Of a stretch of 40,485 nt of DNA, positions 8,101-15,730 are shown one piece after another. Within the stretch, counting starts at the first letter, position 1; every line of letters starts with the position of its first letter. This DNA is from a virus (lineage: Duplodnaviria > Caudoviricetes), in IMG/VR virus record IMGVR_UViG_3300032321_001059, positions 1-40,485 of that record; one strand, 5' to 3'. The notes under the pieces were generated by a model that made no database searches, was not told the origin of the DNA, and saw nothing but the letters and a program-made list of their open reading frames with translations. A program made the position numbers and the translations under genes.

Positions 8101-11100
8101 CTTGGCCTGTCGTTCCGCCCGAAGCTGCTTGATCCGCCACGCCACGAACTGGCGCGTCTCCTTGCCCCAAGACTTCTGAAGCTGCCAGACCTGTCCACGG
8201 GTTCGCTTTGCGGTAGGACTCAAAATATGAGCGGACGACATCAGCGTTTCGAGGGTCTGTGATGAACTCATCGCGTCCACCATACACCTCTCCGCGGCTC
8301 TCCGCAACTTGCCTGAAGTGCGCGTCAGCGCCGAGCATTTGGATGGCGTTGTCATTGTCTCTGGATTGCTTGGGGTAGCGCAGCGTGCGGCCGTCGTCTA
8401 GGGACATGTCCGGCATGGCACTTCCACGCTGAGCCGCACCACCCGCCGGAAACTGCTGCCGATACTGCCCATCCGCCGCTTGAAATCCCTGAGCGTCGGC
8501 GTTCTGCCAATTGGTCGCGTTGGTAAAGCCGCGCTTCACCGCCTCCTTGTTCATCCAAGCCGCCTTGCGGTCGGCGTCGAACTGTCCGTATTGATCCAGC
8601 GACATGCGACCGGCGTCGTCCGGCAGCGCGTTGATGTTGATCTTGTTGTAGTGCGGAAAGTATCCGGTGCCGTGCGGGTCAGCATAGTTGAGCCGGTCGA
8701 AGCGGAACGTGCGGACGCTGCCTTGGTTGTTCAGCGTGTGCCACACAGGATTGCTCGCCTTTTGAACGACGGTGCCGGTGCCGAGCAGTCCGTTGAGGAT
8801 GTTCTTGCGAGTCACGCCGAGGCCGGTCTCGCCCGCAACGCCGTTTTCGTAGTTGCTGAGAAGCTGCTTTAAGCTGGACTCCACGACGCGGAGATCGTTG
8901 CCAAACTCGCCGAGCTGCTCGTTGTCGATAGCGCGGATCGCCGCGGCGCGGAACGAGTTGAGATCGATGACCTTGGCCAGCAGGTGGTTCTTGGTGGAGA
9001 CCGCCCAGCCGAATGGAACCATCTCGCCGGTCTTGGCTTCGACGTTGCCGAGGTTCTTTATCTTGTAGCTTCCGGCCTCGCCGGTTCCGATGGCGTTGTA
9101 GCTGTAGAGGTAGCTGCGGCCCTTGGAGCGACCGGCCTCGAACTCGCGGGCCTTGCTGCGCAGCCACTCCGGCACTTGGACAAAGTGGTCGAACTGCAGC
9201 GGAAGGGTAGGGCCACCAACCTCGACGCGGCCGTTGCTCAACTTCCGCGCGCCCCACTCATCGCTGTTCTCGTTGACGAACTTGGTGCGGTCGTTGATCG
9301 ACTTGATGGTCGCCGCCCTGACCTTCTCCTGAGTGTCGAGCTGCTGCTGCGACTTCGGCACCCGCGTGCCGTCCGGCCGCTCGATGAACAGGTCGCTCTC
9401 GATGACTGTGCCGTCGCGGTTGCTGTATGTGCGCGTGTGTGGACTGCGCGCTGCATCCTGAGCCTTGCCGGTCGGCGCAATCGGAGTGCCGCGCTGTTTG
9501 ACGGCGCCTTCCTTTTCAAGGCCGACCAGATAGCGGTCGAACGTCTTGACGTAGTCGTTGACAGCTTTGCGCATCTCCGGCGTGTCGAAGAGCGGGTTTT
9601 CCACGAAGAGCCGGTTGGGTGTCTCCAGTCGGCCGTTGCCGCGCATCCGAGCGCCCATGGCCTCGAAGCCTGCAGAGGCGGCGCCGACCGCGCGACTTAG
9701 CGGACCACTGGCACGAATGCCGGAAAGGTTGAGACCCTTGCCAAGCCCGCTGAATGTCTCCGCGGCGATCTCGTCGCGCGCCCAGTCCCAGCTAGTGTCT
9801 CCGCGGCCCAATGATTCCTGATTAAGCATGTCGGCGCGCTCATCGATGGCCTGCTGGCGCCAGTCTGCGTCATTGGCCCAGCGCTCTCGGATGAACTCGT
9901 CGGTCAGTGCTCGCTCTGCCGCTTCGTCACCGCGGGCTTTGGCGATGCGCGTGACCTCATCCGGCGTCAGGACGTTGAGCTGGATGCCGGTCGCGCCGTC
10001 GCGGACCTCCTGAGTTAGCATGGCCGCGACATATTCGCGCCCGCGCGCAGCAACGCCGTCCGTTCCATACTGCTGGTCGGTCATCGCGCGCATGCCGCGC
10101 TTGATCTCGCCGCCAAGGATGTCGCTCTTGAAGATGGCGTGGCCGATCTCGTGGCCAGCCACGTCGCCGGATGCCATCTTGTCTAGGTTAACAAAGATGC
10201 GCGGGCGCTGGCCCTTTCGCGCATCGACGTAAATGCCGCGGGTGCCAAGTCCCATGGCCTCTTTGACTGTCGCGTTCAAGGCATAATCCTTGGCACGCAG
10301 CGGAATGAAGTCGGCCTTGGCCGAGACGACCGACTGCCTGCGCGCCATATTGACCAGCATTTCATGCGGCAGCATGTTGGCCATCGATGTGGCGTCGCCG
10401 CCGGAGATGTCTGCATCGGCCAACATCTTGGCCACCAGTGCGTCCTCGAACTCGGCCGAGCGGGCAAATTTGCCGCCGATCAATCCGGCACCGGCACCTA
10501 TCGTCATGATGGAGCCGAGGATCTCAGGGCGGCGCTCTTCCGGCGCAATGGCTGCCAGCGGCACGGCAATCGGCGCCGTCGCAACCGCGCCGCTCACCGC
10601 GTCGTCGGCTAGGCGAAATGCCTGCGTGGCGCCCAGCTTGTCGAGCGTTGCGGCCGACCGGCGGGCGATGGGCGAAAGCCCTTGCGTCTCGCTGACGCGG
10701 CGCAGCGTGCTGTCCGCGGAACTAAAAAAGCCAGTGTAAGCGCGGCGATAGCGCTCAGGGATGGGAGCGCTGCGCAGCCTGCTCGCCGCATCAACGCGCG
10801 ATGCACCGACACCGCCGATGCCGATCTCGCGGGCGAGGATGCTGCCGGTATTTAGTCCGCGCTCGGCTGCCCGAAGAACGGCGCCTGACTTTTTCAGCGC
10901 GGCCATCGCTGCTGCCGCTTTGAAGGAAACGCTGCTCAAGGCGGACATCTGCTGCGAGCCGGTCAGGCCGGTTGCGGATTCGACGCCTTCAACGATTTTT
11001 CCGTACAACCCCTCCGCTTTCCCTGCTGCATAACCGGCAACCTTCGATGCGCCCTTGAGCGGCGCTCCCGCCAGACTGCCAACGCGGCGCAGCAAGCGAA

Positions 11101-12094
11101 CTTTGTTGGCAGCCCCCAAGCCCGCCGGAACAACGACGTTGAGCGGGTCAAACACCATCGCGCTGCCAAGCGCCAGTCCTTCGTTGATCTTCGACGCATC
11201 GATGCCCATCTCCGCGCGGCTGTCCGGCATTGTGCCGAGGTTGGTCTCGGTGATGTTGGCAGCCTGTTGCTGCAAAGAGCGATTGCGGATGAAGCGCTGA
11301 TATTGCGCGTCCTCATCATTAGACAGCTCATCAGGAGTCTTGTCGTAAAAACCAGAAGCCCGCGCGGCGGCTTTTGCCTGCTCAAAAACTCCGGCGTCAG
11401 TGTCAGCGTCGCCAGTGAATCTGTTCTCCGAGGCAAGCTGCTGTCGCAGTTTGGCATCAAGAGCGGCATTGCGCTCAATTTCGGCGCCGCGGTCAGACAC
11501 TACGTCTCCGGCCCATGACCACAGCTCTGCCGTGCTGATGCTTGCCTGACGTAAGCCTTCCGCGGAAGAGTTGACCCATTCGTCGTAGGCTTTTGTCCCG
11601 CGGGCGACGAAGTCAAAGGGAGCGTAGGCTGTCGCTGCCGTAGCTTGAACAAGACCACCGGCTATTGCTTGGCCTGCTTCGATGAACTTGCCGACATTGT
11701 CGTCGCGCTGCTGGCGCAGCTCGTTGTAGCGCTTCCACTCGTCCTTGGTTGGGATGTAGGAAATATTGCCGACCCGCTCGTAGTCCGCTTGGTTTACCTC
11801 CGCGGCGGAAAGCACCTTCTTGGGAGCAGGAACTTGAGGACCGACCGAGCGGTCAGGGCGAGCGCCCATAGCGCGGCCAAAAGACGTCTCAGCCGCCACG
11901 CTGTTCTGCGCCTCTGCAGCGTCAGTCTGCTCGGCCGTCAGCATGGCAGGAGAGTCCTGACGCGCCGCCGCGCGATTAACGCGGTAGGTGAGGACGTCTT
12001 CCCTTTGCGGAACTACGGCGCTCCAATTGACCGGCTTCTGCTGCTGCCGATCAATCTCTGCGACCTGTTCCGCCGTGAGTGTTTTTGGCGGCAT
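5162..12094 (-). CDS. Giant internal virion/ejection polyvalent protein (2310 aa)
   Basis: Last gene of the structural operon; HEIGH zincin motif; HMRLNDR...LFIEEIQSD large-polyvalent-type region; repeated ALPD junctions. Confidence 0.8.
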   Translation of the reverse strand: MPPKTLTAEQVAEIDRQQQKPVNWSAVVPQREDVLTYRVNRAAARQDSPAMLTAEQTDAAEAQNSVAAETSFGRAMGARPDRSVGPQVPAPKKVLSAAEVNQADYERVGNISYIPTKDEWKRYNELRQQRDDNVGKFIEAGQAIAGGLVQATAATAYAPFDFVARGTKAYDEWVNSSAEGLRQASISTAELWSWAGDVVSDRGAEIERNAALDAKLRQQLASENRFTGDADTDAGVFEQAKAAARASGFYDKTPDELSNDEDAQYQRFIRNRSLQQQAANITETNLGTMPDSRAEMGIDASKINEGLALGSAMVFDPLNVVVPAGLGAANKVRLLRRVGSLAGAPLKGASKVAGYAAGKAEGLYGKIVEGVESATGLTGSQQMSALSSVSFKAAAAMAALKKSGAVLRAAERGLNTGSILAREIGIGGVGASRVDAASRLRSAPIPERYRRAYTGFFSSADSTLRRVSETQGLSPIARRSAATLDKLGATQAFRLADDAVSGAVATAPIAVPLAAIAPEERRPEILGSIMTIGAGAGLIGGKFARSAEFEDALVAKMLADADISGGDATSMANMLPHEMLVNMARRQSVVSAKADFIPLRAKDYALNATVKEAMGLGTRGIYVDARKGQRPRIFVNLDKMASGDVAGHEIGHAIFKSDILGGEIKRGMRAMTDQQYGTDGVAARGREYVAAMLTQEVRDGATGIQLNVLTPDEVTRIAKARGDEAAERALTDEFIRERWANDADWRQQAIDERADMLNQESLGRGDTSWDWARDEIAAETFSGLGKGLNLSGIRASGPLSRAVGAASAGFEAMGARMRGNGRLETPNRLFVENPLFDTPEMRKAVNDYVKTFDRYLVGLEKEGAVKQRGTPIAPTGKAQDAARSPHTRTYSNRDGTVIESDLFIERPDGTRVPKSQQQLDTQEKVRAATIKSINDRTKFVNENSDEWGARKLSNGRVEVGGPTLPLQFDHFVQVPEWLRSKAREFEAGRSKGRSYLYSYNAIGTGEAGSYKIKNLGNVEAKTGEMVPFGWAVSTKNHLLAKVIDLNSFRAAAIRAIDNEQLGEFGNDLRVVESSLKQLLSNYENGVAGETGLGVTRKNILNGLLGTGTVVQKASNPVWHTLNNQGSVRTFRFDRLNYADPHGTGYFPHYNKININALPDDAGRMSLDQYGQFDADRKAAWMNKEAVKRGFTNATNWQNADAQGFQAADGQYRQQFPAGGAAQRGSAMPDMSLDDGRTLRYPKQSRDNDNAIQMLGADAHFRQVAESRGEVYGGRDEFITDPRNADVVRSYFESYRKANPWTGLAASEVLGQGDAPVRGVADQAASGGTTGQGVTRRGQALPDTSDAPPFYMKSTRVLDAKIQGKAATVDQVRAILTNPQNGIKAEELKWTGVLLAAERLAKENGGKVPKDALLKYLADDGAVRLEEVTMGGARKQWTQADINALERQAQRTRDFSEYERAVLEYEDQQLGSDANNTGNETRFGRYQLSGGENYREVNLVMPAIDEWEGFPEAHRYSGGPEDLKRIAHMRLNDRTDADGQRGLFIEEIQSDRHQEGRDQGYTEDFEASYQRVVAAEKAANVAEELGRPDVEEKRNEYEREWQRHNSAFGVEAVPDAPFRKDWPMQMFKRALRDAAGSGKDWIGWTTGETQAARYDLSKQVDSVNYDPFNKRLIAVKDGQRVLEQSDVPKEKLADYIGKDAASKLLEPSALNGAGNHVLSGDGLKVGGEGMKGFYDQILPKEISKYVKQWGAQVEKSGINISTPLDDLRFDVVGPDNRAITAFETMAEAKKAAQKAGQGYIVRENPPQKATPIWRVNITPEMRGSIRRTGQAMFLPDAEPVLQNFNAANEATGGSLRPVLEQPENASITGRITPAQEESIKELDEYYRKVTPQRIKELRNDAIDSLANRLINKGIPVAEARGLATETYKKIKGRVAGASQVISGMGTSDLSRMAGTGRPAVPTRKGVNPNWLTSAFEAFESDNDLAMMKAQQVAKQLNKKQQAEVSAGKSVAAARASKVRVSTVDLGMQFLIGEGAADKKAFGSSLREDPAAPPRVYASVVEGQKFGSQGNYAVFFEWKKSSPIVATSHHHYGVGNGLTDIHASANIGDKNARSFGNPEAETYDTLPSGRKVLNTRLLVGNAGLDDIRTHQLLVSIPESALSGVRAMYKKGGFGSVKSQLNDIAVRSLVGTKSQGKTKALTSKDGIPVMVAIQKNRTEAYVLNPDLRNVESITIVENKNKEKDTALIRKNLAAAFKNNGSPMPRIKVVSAESGPSGNRGRSKITDEFFNLTGKVVYGAMLGGLAASQTDDNR

Positions 12095-12100
12095 GTCGTA

Positions 12101-13108
12101 CTATTCGATAAGTCGGGCAGTTCCGTCCGGCAGGCGCTCGTAGGTGGAGCCGTCGTAGACGAAGGTGTTGCGAGCCGGTGCGGCGGACTTTGCCGAAGAT
12201 GGCGCGGGGCCAACCGCGGCATCGTCCTCGGTCGGAAGAGCCTCATTGGTTGCCGGATTCACAGCAGCTCTCTGGACCGCTTTGAGCATGTCCCGCTTTT
12301 CAGACAGGTATTGCTTGTACACCTCCCAGTGCTGCTTTTGGCTAGGCACCAGTGTGCGCAGATATTTCAACTCATCCTGCGAAATTGGGCGCAGGTATTT
12401 TGTCATGTCGAGCACGTCGATATTGATGAGTCGGTCGAGCTTCGCGCGCTTGGCCTGCATCGTCTGATTGAATGCGGCATCATAGATCCCGCCGACAGTT
12501 CCATCTACCGGTCCAACCAAATTGGCATAGTCAGGATCCTCTAAAATATCATCGATGTTTTTAAGAATAGACTGACGACGAATCTTGAAGTCGTCTTGCA
12601 CAGCTTTGCGCTCCGCTATCTTTGATTGACGGTCTTGAAGCTGTGCCTGCTTAATTGGATCTTCCTTCTGCATCGTCATCCGGTCCTGCATTGCGCGGAA
12701 AGAATCGGCAAGCCCTGCGGCATACTGCGAGGTGACGCGCTTTTTGCCCTTGAGGTTGTCGTAGACGTACGAGTTGACCGGCGACGCCGCTTTGTATTGA
12801 TCTCGAAGCCGGTTCGCCTCTTCGCTCTGTCCCGCGGCATACAGCGATGCAATCTGCCGTATCGGCTCCATGTCCCACTGCACGCCTCTTGGCGAAGAAG
12901 GAACCTCGGCGCGGCGCACCTCCGGCTGCGCTGCCATGTCATTGACGACATCTTGGGGCGCCACGCCGGAGTCGGCCATGTCTTCATCGGTCATGTTGAC
13001 TCCGTTCATGTCAGTGAGCTGATCAAGCGTCATGCCGTTGTCCATCGCAGGAAGCGGCTCCTCGCCGTATTCCATCGGCGCCTGTACGTTTTTATTGCGT
13101 GGGGGCAT
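12101..13108 (-). CDS. Putative internal virion (ejection) protein (335 aa)
   Basis: Helical composition; position between other ejection-type genes. Confidence 0.6.
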   Translation of the reverse strand: MPPRNKNVQAPMEYGEEPLPAMDNGMTLDQLTDMNGVNMTDEDMADSGVAPQDVVNDMAAQPEVRRAEVPSSPRGVQWDMEPIRQIASLYAAGQSEEANRLRDQYKAASPVNSYVYDNLKGKKRVTSQYAAGLADSFRAMQDRMTMQKEDPIKQAQLQDRQSKIAERKAVQDDFKIRRQSILKNIDDILEDPDYANLVGPVDGTVGGIYDAAFNQTMQAKRAKLDRLINIDVLDMTKYLRPISQDELKYLRTLVPSQKQHWEVYKQYLSEKRDMLKAVQRAAVNPATNEALPTEDDAAVGPAPSSAKSAAPARNTFVYDGSTYERLPDGTARLIE

Positions 13109-13110
13109 GG

Positions 13111-13569
13111 CTACTGAAGTGGGCTTGCGTCGAGGTCGTCACCCTCCTCGTCCCTGACTGTCGCGTCTTTGATGGCCTTGGTGGTATATGGCTGGCCGCT
13201 CTGCGCGCTTATTCTTCCGCTCGCCATCTGTGAGTTGCTAATCGGACCAGCCATGTTGAAGAGCGCGTTGTATCCGGCAATCTTCATCTGGGGGTTCTTT
13301 TGCTTGCGTAAGTCAGCAAGGAATCCACCCACTGCTGGATTGTCTTTGAACATTGACCCTCCGAGGATTTCGCCAATGCGGTCGTACCCTGCGGCCTCCG
13401 CTGCCAGCCCTTTATTCTGAGCGTACATGCCGCCGATGGCTTGCAGCGCGCCGCCGATATTTTCTCCCACCTGTCCCATCATCTGGGAATTGGCCTGCGC
13501 GGCACCGACCTGTCCTGCGGCAAGAATCTGGCCGCTATTGTCATTCACTGAGGGGTTATATGCAAACAT
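13111..13569 (-). CDS. Putative internal virion protein (152 aa)
   Basis: Gly/Ala/Gln-rich; synteny. Confidence 0.6.
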   Translation of the reverse strand: MFAYNPSVNDNSGQILAAGQVGAAQANSQMMGQVGENIGGALQAIGGMYAQNKGLAAEAAGYDRIGEILGGSMFKDNPAVGGFLADLRKQKNPQMKIAGYNALFNMAGPISNSQMASGRISAQSGQPYTTKAIKDATVRDEEGDDLDASPLQ

Positions 13570-13585
13570 AGTTTTGTCTTTCTAA

Positions 13586-14692
13586 TTAAGCTGCCTTCGC
13601 AGCCATCAATTCTTCAGCGAGGGCGGCGCCGATAACCGCTGGCTTGATGGCCAGACGCTTCTTGCCCTTGTAATCGACTTCGGCGACAGCCTCTGGCAGC
13701 ACCTTCGCAACGTCCTGAGCCATGAAACCCTTGTGCTTCTTGTCATCGCCTTTGTAGGTAAACTCGTAAGCGGTAAGTCCAAGCACGCTGCCAACCTTGC
13801 CAAGTGGCTTGATGTCTTTCTTCATCCGCTTGTCGCTGAAACGCAGGGCTGACGTTGCGCCGCCCAACACTCCACCGGCGATGTTTCCGATCATGCCCAT
13901 GGTCGCGGCATTGTTGGTGGCACCGGCTTGCATTCCTGCACCCTGTAGCGAGGCGTTGTTGTTCATCCAACTGTTGTATTGGGACGCCTGCATATTCCGG
14001 TTAAACGTCTCTACGTTTCCGGCAGTTTGCAGCGAGTTATTGAACGCATTGCTCGCCATGTTGGTTGAGCGATCCAGCGTGGCGCCTCCAAGCTGGAACG
14101 CCGCATTCAGCCCCTGCCGATATGGGTCCATGTCGCCGTAAGCACCGGCCAGACCGATGCGCCGCTGACGGCGGGCGAGGTCAATCTGGTTGGCACCGAG
14201 AGCGAACTGACGGCGTTGGTCGAGACGCTGCTGCGACATGGCATCGCGGTTAAGGATTTCAGCGGCAGACGATCCAGCGCTGGTGCCGAGACCGCGAGCG
14301 GCGAATGCTCCGCGGGCCGACTGCTGTGCTGCGCGCTCCTGCTCCGGTGAAAGCGAGCGCCCAAGGGCCAGTTCCTCCTGCGCTTGGCGCTGGAGTTCTG
14401 CCTCGATCTGGTTGGGCGCGCTGGCCGATTGCAATTCTTCGTCGATAACTCCGCGCGCACGCTTGAAGTAATCATTGTCCAACCGGCGAGCCATCTCGTC
14501 GGCGGTGCCGAACTGCAGATTGGTCATCTGCGGGTAGAGGCGGAGCGTGGCTTCCATCTGGTCGCCGAGCATTAGCTTGCCGTATTTGCGGGCAGCACCA
14601 TACATCGCCTCATAGTCAATCGGTGCCGGTGCCGCTGGTTGCGGCACGTTAAACGTGGCGCCACCGCCACCTCCTCCAAATATATCTCCCAT
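13586..14692 (-). CDS. Putative ejection/pilot protein with C-terminal S74-like intramolecular chaperone domain
   Basis: MGDIFGGGGGG N-terminus; C-terminal FSDKRMKKDI...GFMAQDVAKVLPEAV. Confidence 0.75.
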   Translation of the reverse strand: MGDIFGGGGGGATFNVPQPAAPAPIDYEAMYGAARKYGKLMLGDQMEATLRLYPQMTNLQFGTADEMARRLDNDYFKRARGVIDEELQSASAPNQIEAELQRQAQEELALGRSLSPEQERAAQQSARGAFAARGLGTSAGSSAAEILNRDAMSQQRLDQRRQFALGANQIDLARRQRRIGLAGAYGDMDPYRQGLNAAFQLGGATLDRSTNMASNAFNNSLQTAGNVETFNRNMQASQYNSWMNNNASLQGAGMQAGATNNAATMGMIGNIAGGVLGGATSALRFSDKRMKKDIKPLGKVGSVLGLTAYEFTYKGDDKKHKGFMAQDVAKVLPEAVAEVDYKGKKRLAIKPAVIGAALAEELMAAKAA

Positions 14693-14693
14693 A

Positions 14694-15044
14694 TTATTTC
14701 CTCCTCGTTGCTTTAGTTAATTTATCCCAGTCGTAAACCCTCACGCGGTTGTCTTTGCTCCCGCGAAACCATGAAACCCAAGGCTGCGGATGCGGGAACA
14801 CGCGCATAAACTCCCCGCAAGCATTTGCGTGGCCAGTAGAAGCAGCCAGAGTGACGTGCCAGCAGTTGCTTTGGCCTTGTTCAAATTGGTTCTCCTCCGC
14901 GTTCCACCGCACAGCGCGAGCCAGCATGAAGCATTCCGGCGAGTTCCACACATAGCCCGCCGACAGATGCTCGCCGACTGCTTGCCAGAAGTCTTGCGTG
15001 CTGTGGTTGTCCCACCAGTGTTTTGCCTTTTGCCATGGGGTCAT
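14694..15044 (-). CDS. Hypothetical protein, possibly GNAT-like as T7 gp13 (116 aa)
   Basis: Size and position just before the ejection genes. Confidence 0.5.
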   Translation of the reverse strand: MTPWQKAKHWWDNHSTQDFWQAVGEHLSAGYVWNSPECFMLARAVRWNAEENQFEQGQSNCWHVTLAASTGHANACGEFMRVFPHPQPWVSWFRGSKDNRVRVYDWDKLTKATRRK

Positions 15045-15727
15045 CGGAAGATGGCGACATGCACGCTTGAAAAATCAAGAAGCCCGCCATCATTTGCTGC
15101 GGACGATCCAAACAGCGTCTCAACGCGCACAGCCGATGTTGTCGGAGCGGTTTGTGCTCTTACTTGTCCGCCAGATGCGCCGCGATTTGTGCCGCTTGCG
15201 ACCGTTGATTCATCGCTTGTGTTCCACACGCTTATCGTTGTTGCGTAATTGGCGTCAGGCATTGCCGTGGTAAAAGTAATTGTGAAATCTCCAGCGGCGT
15301 TTCTGAGAACGCTTGCGACATTTCCACTGCCGCGAATCTGTCTGGTTGTATTCGCGGATGACGCCGCGCCACTGCTGTCTTTCGTTGCATTAAAACTCAC
15401 CCAAGCCCTGCACGCATAGATCGGCGGGTCATTGTCGGCGTTGATCGCCTTTTTGATTTCACCAGCGTTGGCGGCGAGGGAGAGCTTGTCGTTGGTAACG
15501 GCATCGTCAGCGATCCGCGCAATCGGCAGCGTGCCGGTCGTGAGCTTGCTGGCATCAATGCCGCTGGCGAGCTTGATGTTGGTGACGCTTGCGTCAGCGA
15601 GCAGTCCCTCAGTGATTTGCAGGTTGGAGATGTCAGCCGTCTGAATAGCGCTGACAGTGCGGGCGTTGTTGAGCTTGGTCGGCGTGACGGTGTCACCGGA
15701 GGTAAATGTGTATGCGTATGAGGCCAT
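15041..15727 (-). CDS. Short tail fibre/virion protein (228 aa)
   Basis: TPTKLN N-terminus; ADASVTNIKL/ADDAVTNDKL repeats; RAWVSFN...GDFTITFTTAMPDANY tip motif. Confidence 0.7.
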   Translation of the reverse strand: MASYAYTFTSGDTVTPTKLNNARTVSAIQTADISNLQITEGLLADASVTNIKLASGIDASKLTTGTLPIARIADDAVTNDKLSLAANAGEIKKAINADNDPPIYACRAWVSFNATKDSSGAASSANTTRQIRGSGNVASVLRNAAGDFTITFTTAMPDANYATTISVWNTSDESTVASGTNRGASGGQVRAQTAPTTSAVRVETLFGSSAANDGGLLDFSSVHVAIFR

Positions 15728-15730
15728 AGA

